Assembly (NCBI RefSeq): GCF_009914755.1 | Contig: NC_060947.1 | From: the human T2T-CHM13v2.0 reference genome, Homo sapiens | Length of the DNA stretch: 64,000 bases | Reading direction: 5' to 3' (one strand) | In this document: positions 60,540-64,000 of the stretch, in pieces | How the letters are laid out: every line of letters begins with the position of its first letter | Position numbering within the stretch: the first letter of the stretch is position 1 | Notes under the pieces: model-generated | Seen by the model: the letters and a program-made list of their open reading frames with translations, nothing else | The model's database searches: none | Told to the model about the DNA's origin: nothing | Position numbers and translations under genes: made by a program

Positions 60540-60800
60540 GTGCTGGCATTTACTTGTTATCACTCCACACTATACCTGCCCTTTTAAACTCAGCTCCATA
60601 GCGCTGGGGCTAGGAGCCTGCAAACTACATTTCCCAGCTGCCTTCCTGTTAGAGTCAGCCAAGAGGGGGCACTGGGAGGAGATGGAAAAGCAGGAGGAAT
60701 GGAAAAGCTTCCAGCTTCTGGTTCCAACAGGGTGTCGTTGCTCAAATCTCAAGACGATTGTCCTCAGAAGTTTGAAGACCTCACGCCATTGTCTTCTAGC
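60540..60800 (+). mobile_element. ERVL LTR fragment (LTR33/LTR41-like)
   Basis: ctgcaaactacatttcccag...gccaagagggggcactgggaggagatgg. Confidence 0.5.
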
Positions 60801-60859
60801 ATTCCCACTGAGGTCTTTAACACCCAGTTACTACATTTCCACCCAGTTACTACATTTCA

Positions 60860-61500
60860 TCTTTCTGGAGGATTTAGACTTTTTTTTTTTTCATTACCCT
60901 TGGAGTTCAGAAATCTTGATGCCTTTAGGGATGGGCCTTTTATAATTCTTCTTGTTTGGCATTTGGTCTGTTCTTTAAATCTCAAGATGGAAGTTTTTCC
61001 CCAGCTCAGGGAAATTGTTTGTTCTGTCACTACTTAGATTATCTCCTCTCTTACAGACTCTCTGTTCTTGGCTTCTGAGAATTCCTATTAGATAGAGAGT
61101 TAAATTTCAGGTCCTGCCCCATGTCTCTTAATTTTTCTCTTACACTTAAAAAAAAATCTTTTTATCTGTTTTGCATTCTTTGAGAGAATCTCTCAACCCT
61201 GTCATCTGTTCAGTCTTCAGCCATGGTCACTTGGCTACTCAGTCTTTCCAATGAGCTTATTATGTTAGCAATTGCACTTTTTGTAATTTCAAGAACTCTG
61301 ACATATTCTTTTGACAGCAGTCAGCTCTCTATTTATGGATAGTACTTCTATTTCATTTAAATATCTCTCTAGATCCTGGGAGAATTCTGTAGGGATTAGT
61401 TCTTTTGTTTGTTTAGTTTGGTGCCTCTCTTTCACGATGTTGGTTTTCCTCAAATATGTTTGATAACTCTTTACTCTCTGTTCCTGTTATAGATGAAGGT
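60860..61500 (-). mobile_element. Old L1M fragment (antisense, T-rich)
   Basis: ctcagggaaatt...attcctattagat...catgtctcttaatttttct pattern of antisense L1. Confidence 0.45.
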
Positions 61501-61785
61501 CCAGGCTTATCTATAGTGGAGGCTGCTGTGTATTTTCTACACTCCAGTGAAAAATGCCTGTTCTCATGACAGCAAAAGCAAGCGATGGTTATGAAAGCCC
61601 AAACTCATTGCTGTTTTGGTGAAGAAGGGCTTGGATCAAGCCACTTTTCCTTTTAAAATGTTTAGGTACTATCTTATTTTGAGCTGCTATGACAAAATAC
61701 TATAGACTAGGTGGCTTATTAAATAATAGCAACTTTCTTAAATAATTGATTAAATAATAAAAAATAAATTATAAATAAAAAATAA

Positions 61786-62087
61786 GGCCAGGCACGGTGG
61801 CTCATGCCTGTAATCCCAGTGCTTTAGGAAGCTAAGAGGAGAGGATCACTTAAGATTAAGAGTTCCAGACCAGCCTGGACAACACAGCGAGACCCTGTCT
61901 CTACAAAAAATTTAAAAATTAGCTGGGTGTGGGGGTAGACACCTATGGTCTCAGCTACTCAGGAGGCTGAGGTGGGAGGATCACCTGAGCCCAGGAGGTC
62001 GAGGCTGTAGTGAGCTGTGACTATGCCATTGTACTCCAGCCTGGGCAAAAGAGCGAGACCCTGTCTCTAAAAAGAAAAGAAAAGAAA
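61786..62087 (+). mobile_element. AluJ
   Basis: cctgagcccaggaggtcgaggctgtagtgagc. Confidence 0.92.
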
Positions 62088-62890
<803 letters not shown>

Positions 62891-63779
62891 AATTTTCTTA
62901 GGTGACCTTATTTTAAAAATACATATTTTCCCCATGGGGGTGGGGGAGGATTGTGATTATTGTTTTTAGTTGGATGATGGGGGGATAATATCCAAATGCA
63001 TTGCCCTATACTTTTTTCTATACTAGCAAGGGTAGATTCCCTAGCTAGGCCCACTTCTCCATTTAAAGACCCTTCAATCTTTCTGTCACCTCTCTCCTCA
63101 GTTGCCCTCCACATCCCCAGGAAACTGGCCTATACATTCAGGGACAATTGTTTTCACAAGAAGAAAGCTGTCCAGAGCTTCCATTAGCTCCTATGTGTTT
63201 TTATTGATTTATACCTGCCTTGTTCCAAAGATGTATTTAAGGTTTACAAAGATGCATACAATAAAACAGCATAAAATAAATTAGCAGTAAATTAGAGCAA
63301 ATGACGTAAAGGGAAAACAAGGAGAGGAAAATAAGATGGAGCCAAGAGTGAGGTGATTACACAAAACACCTGCCATGAAACCTACTGCACTCACTGGAGA
63401 CAGAACACAAGTTTGAGGCTGAGTTCCCCAGCAGCCCAGGGGAAAAAGGAAGCCGGGTTGCACTGTGACTTATATCACTGAGCCGAGTCAGTGATATAAA
63501 AACAAAGCACAGTTGGGAGAAGCACAGTTATTCCTAACATGGAGATCAGGGAGGCAAGTTTTTGCCATAGATTATCATAAATATAGTATCACAAACAACA
63601 TTCTCACATTACACAGGGCAAAAGAACACACAAGACTGTCTTAACCTCACACCACCGTATTAGTATACTGCAACAAAAGCAATGATGCTGTTCAGGGAAA
63701 ACTATGCCGCAGTGACTAACAGGGGTCTTACACTAAGGTGGCTTCACAAGGGACAGACTCTGGAATATCTCATGCAAAA

Positions 63780-63940
63780 TTTCTTAGCCTGGAAACCATG
63801 CACCAGGATTCAGGGGTTCAGGAATCCTTGGCACAGTAAGCAAAAGTGTGTGCATCTGTGCACTTTTTCCAGGACTGGGTCCATAGGTTTCATTGCATTC
63901 TCAAAGGTGTCAGTGAGTCCAAGAAAAGTGAAGAATTACC
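63780..63940. mobile_element. hAT-Charlie fragment
   Basis: gggtccataggtttcattgcattctcaaaggtgtc...aaaagtgaagaa. Confidence 0.5.
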
Positions 63941-64000
63941 CACATGGAGGAAAAGCAGCAGCACACACTTCCAAACTTCTCCATAAACTGCTTCTCCCTC

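Overview
This is primate (human-like) non-coding euchromatic DNA, either intergenic or deep intronic. I found no credible protein-coding exon, tRNA, rRNA, CRISPR array or CpG-island promoter, and I cannot assign the locus from sequence alone. The ORF-track entries I checked come from Alus, microsatellites or chance frames. A large part of the window is interspersed repeat: about 25 Alu/FLAM copies (many with clear target-site duplications, TSDs), MIR, L2, old L1M, MaLR/ERVL solo LTRs, and hAT DNA elements (MER5, MER45, MER53, MER63, Charlie-like). Subfamily names are recalled from consensus features, not computed. The most notable observations are: (1) a near-perfect 3 x 124 bp tandem triplication with 8-bp junction microhomology that multiplies STAT, GATA and CRE-half motifs; (2) an intact palindromic MER53 with an 8-bp TSD, one arm of which matches mature miR-1302 at 20/21 nt as I recall it; (3) three head-to-tail Alus separated by four copies of the same TSD; (4) multi-layer nested insertions; and (5) several repeat-free motif clusters that are enhancer or CTCF candidates. 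The sequence does not support a new multi-gene system.
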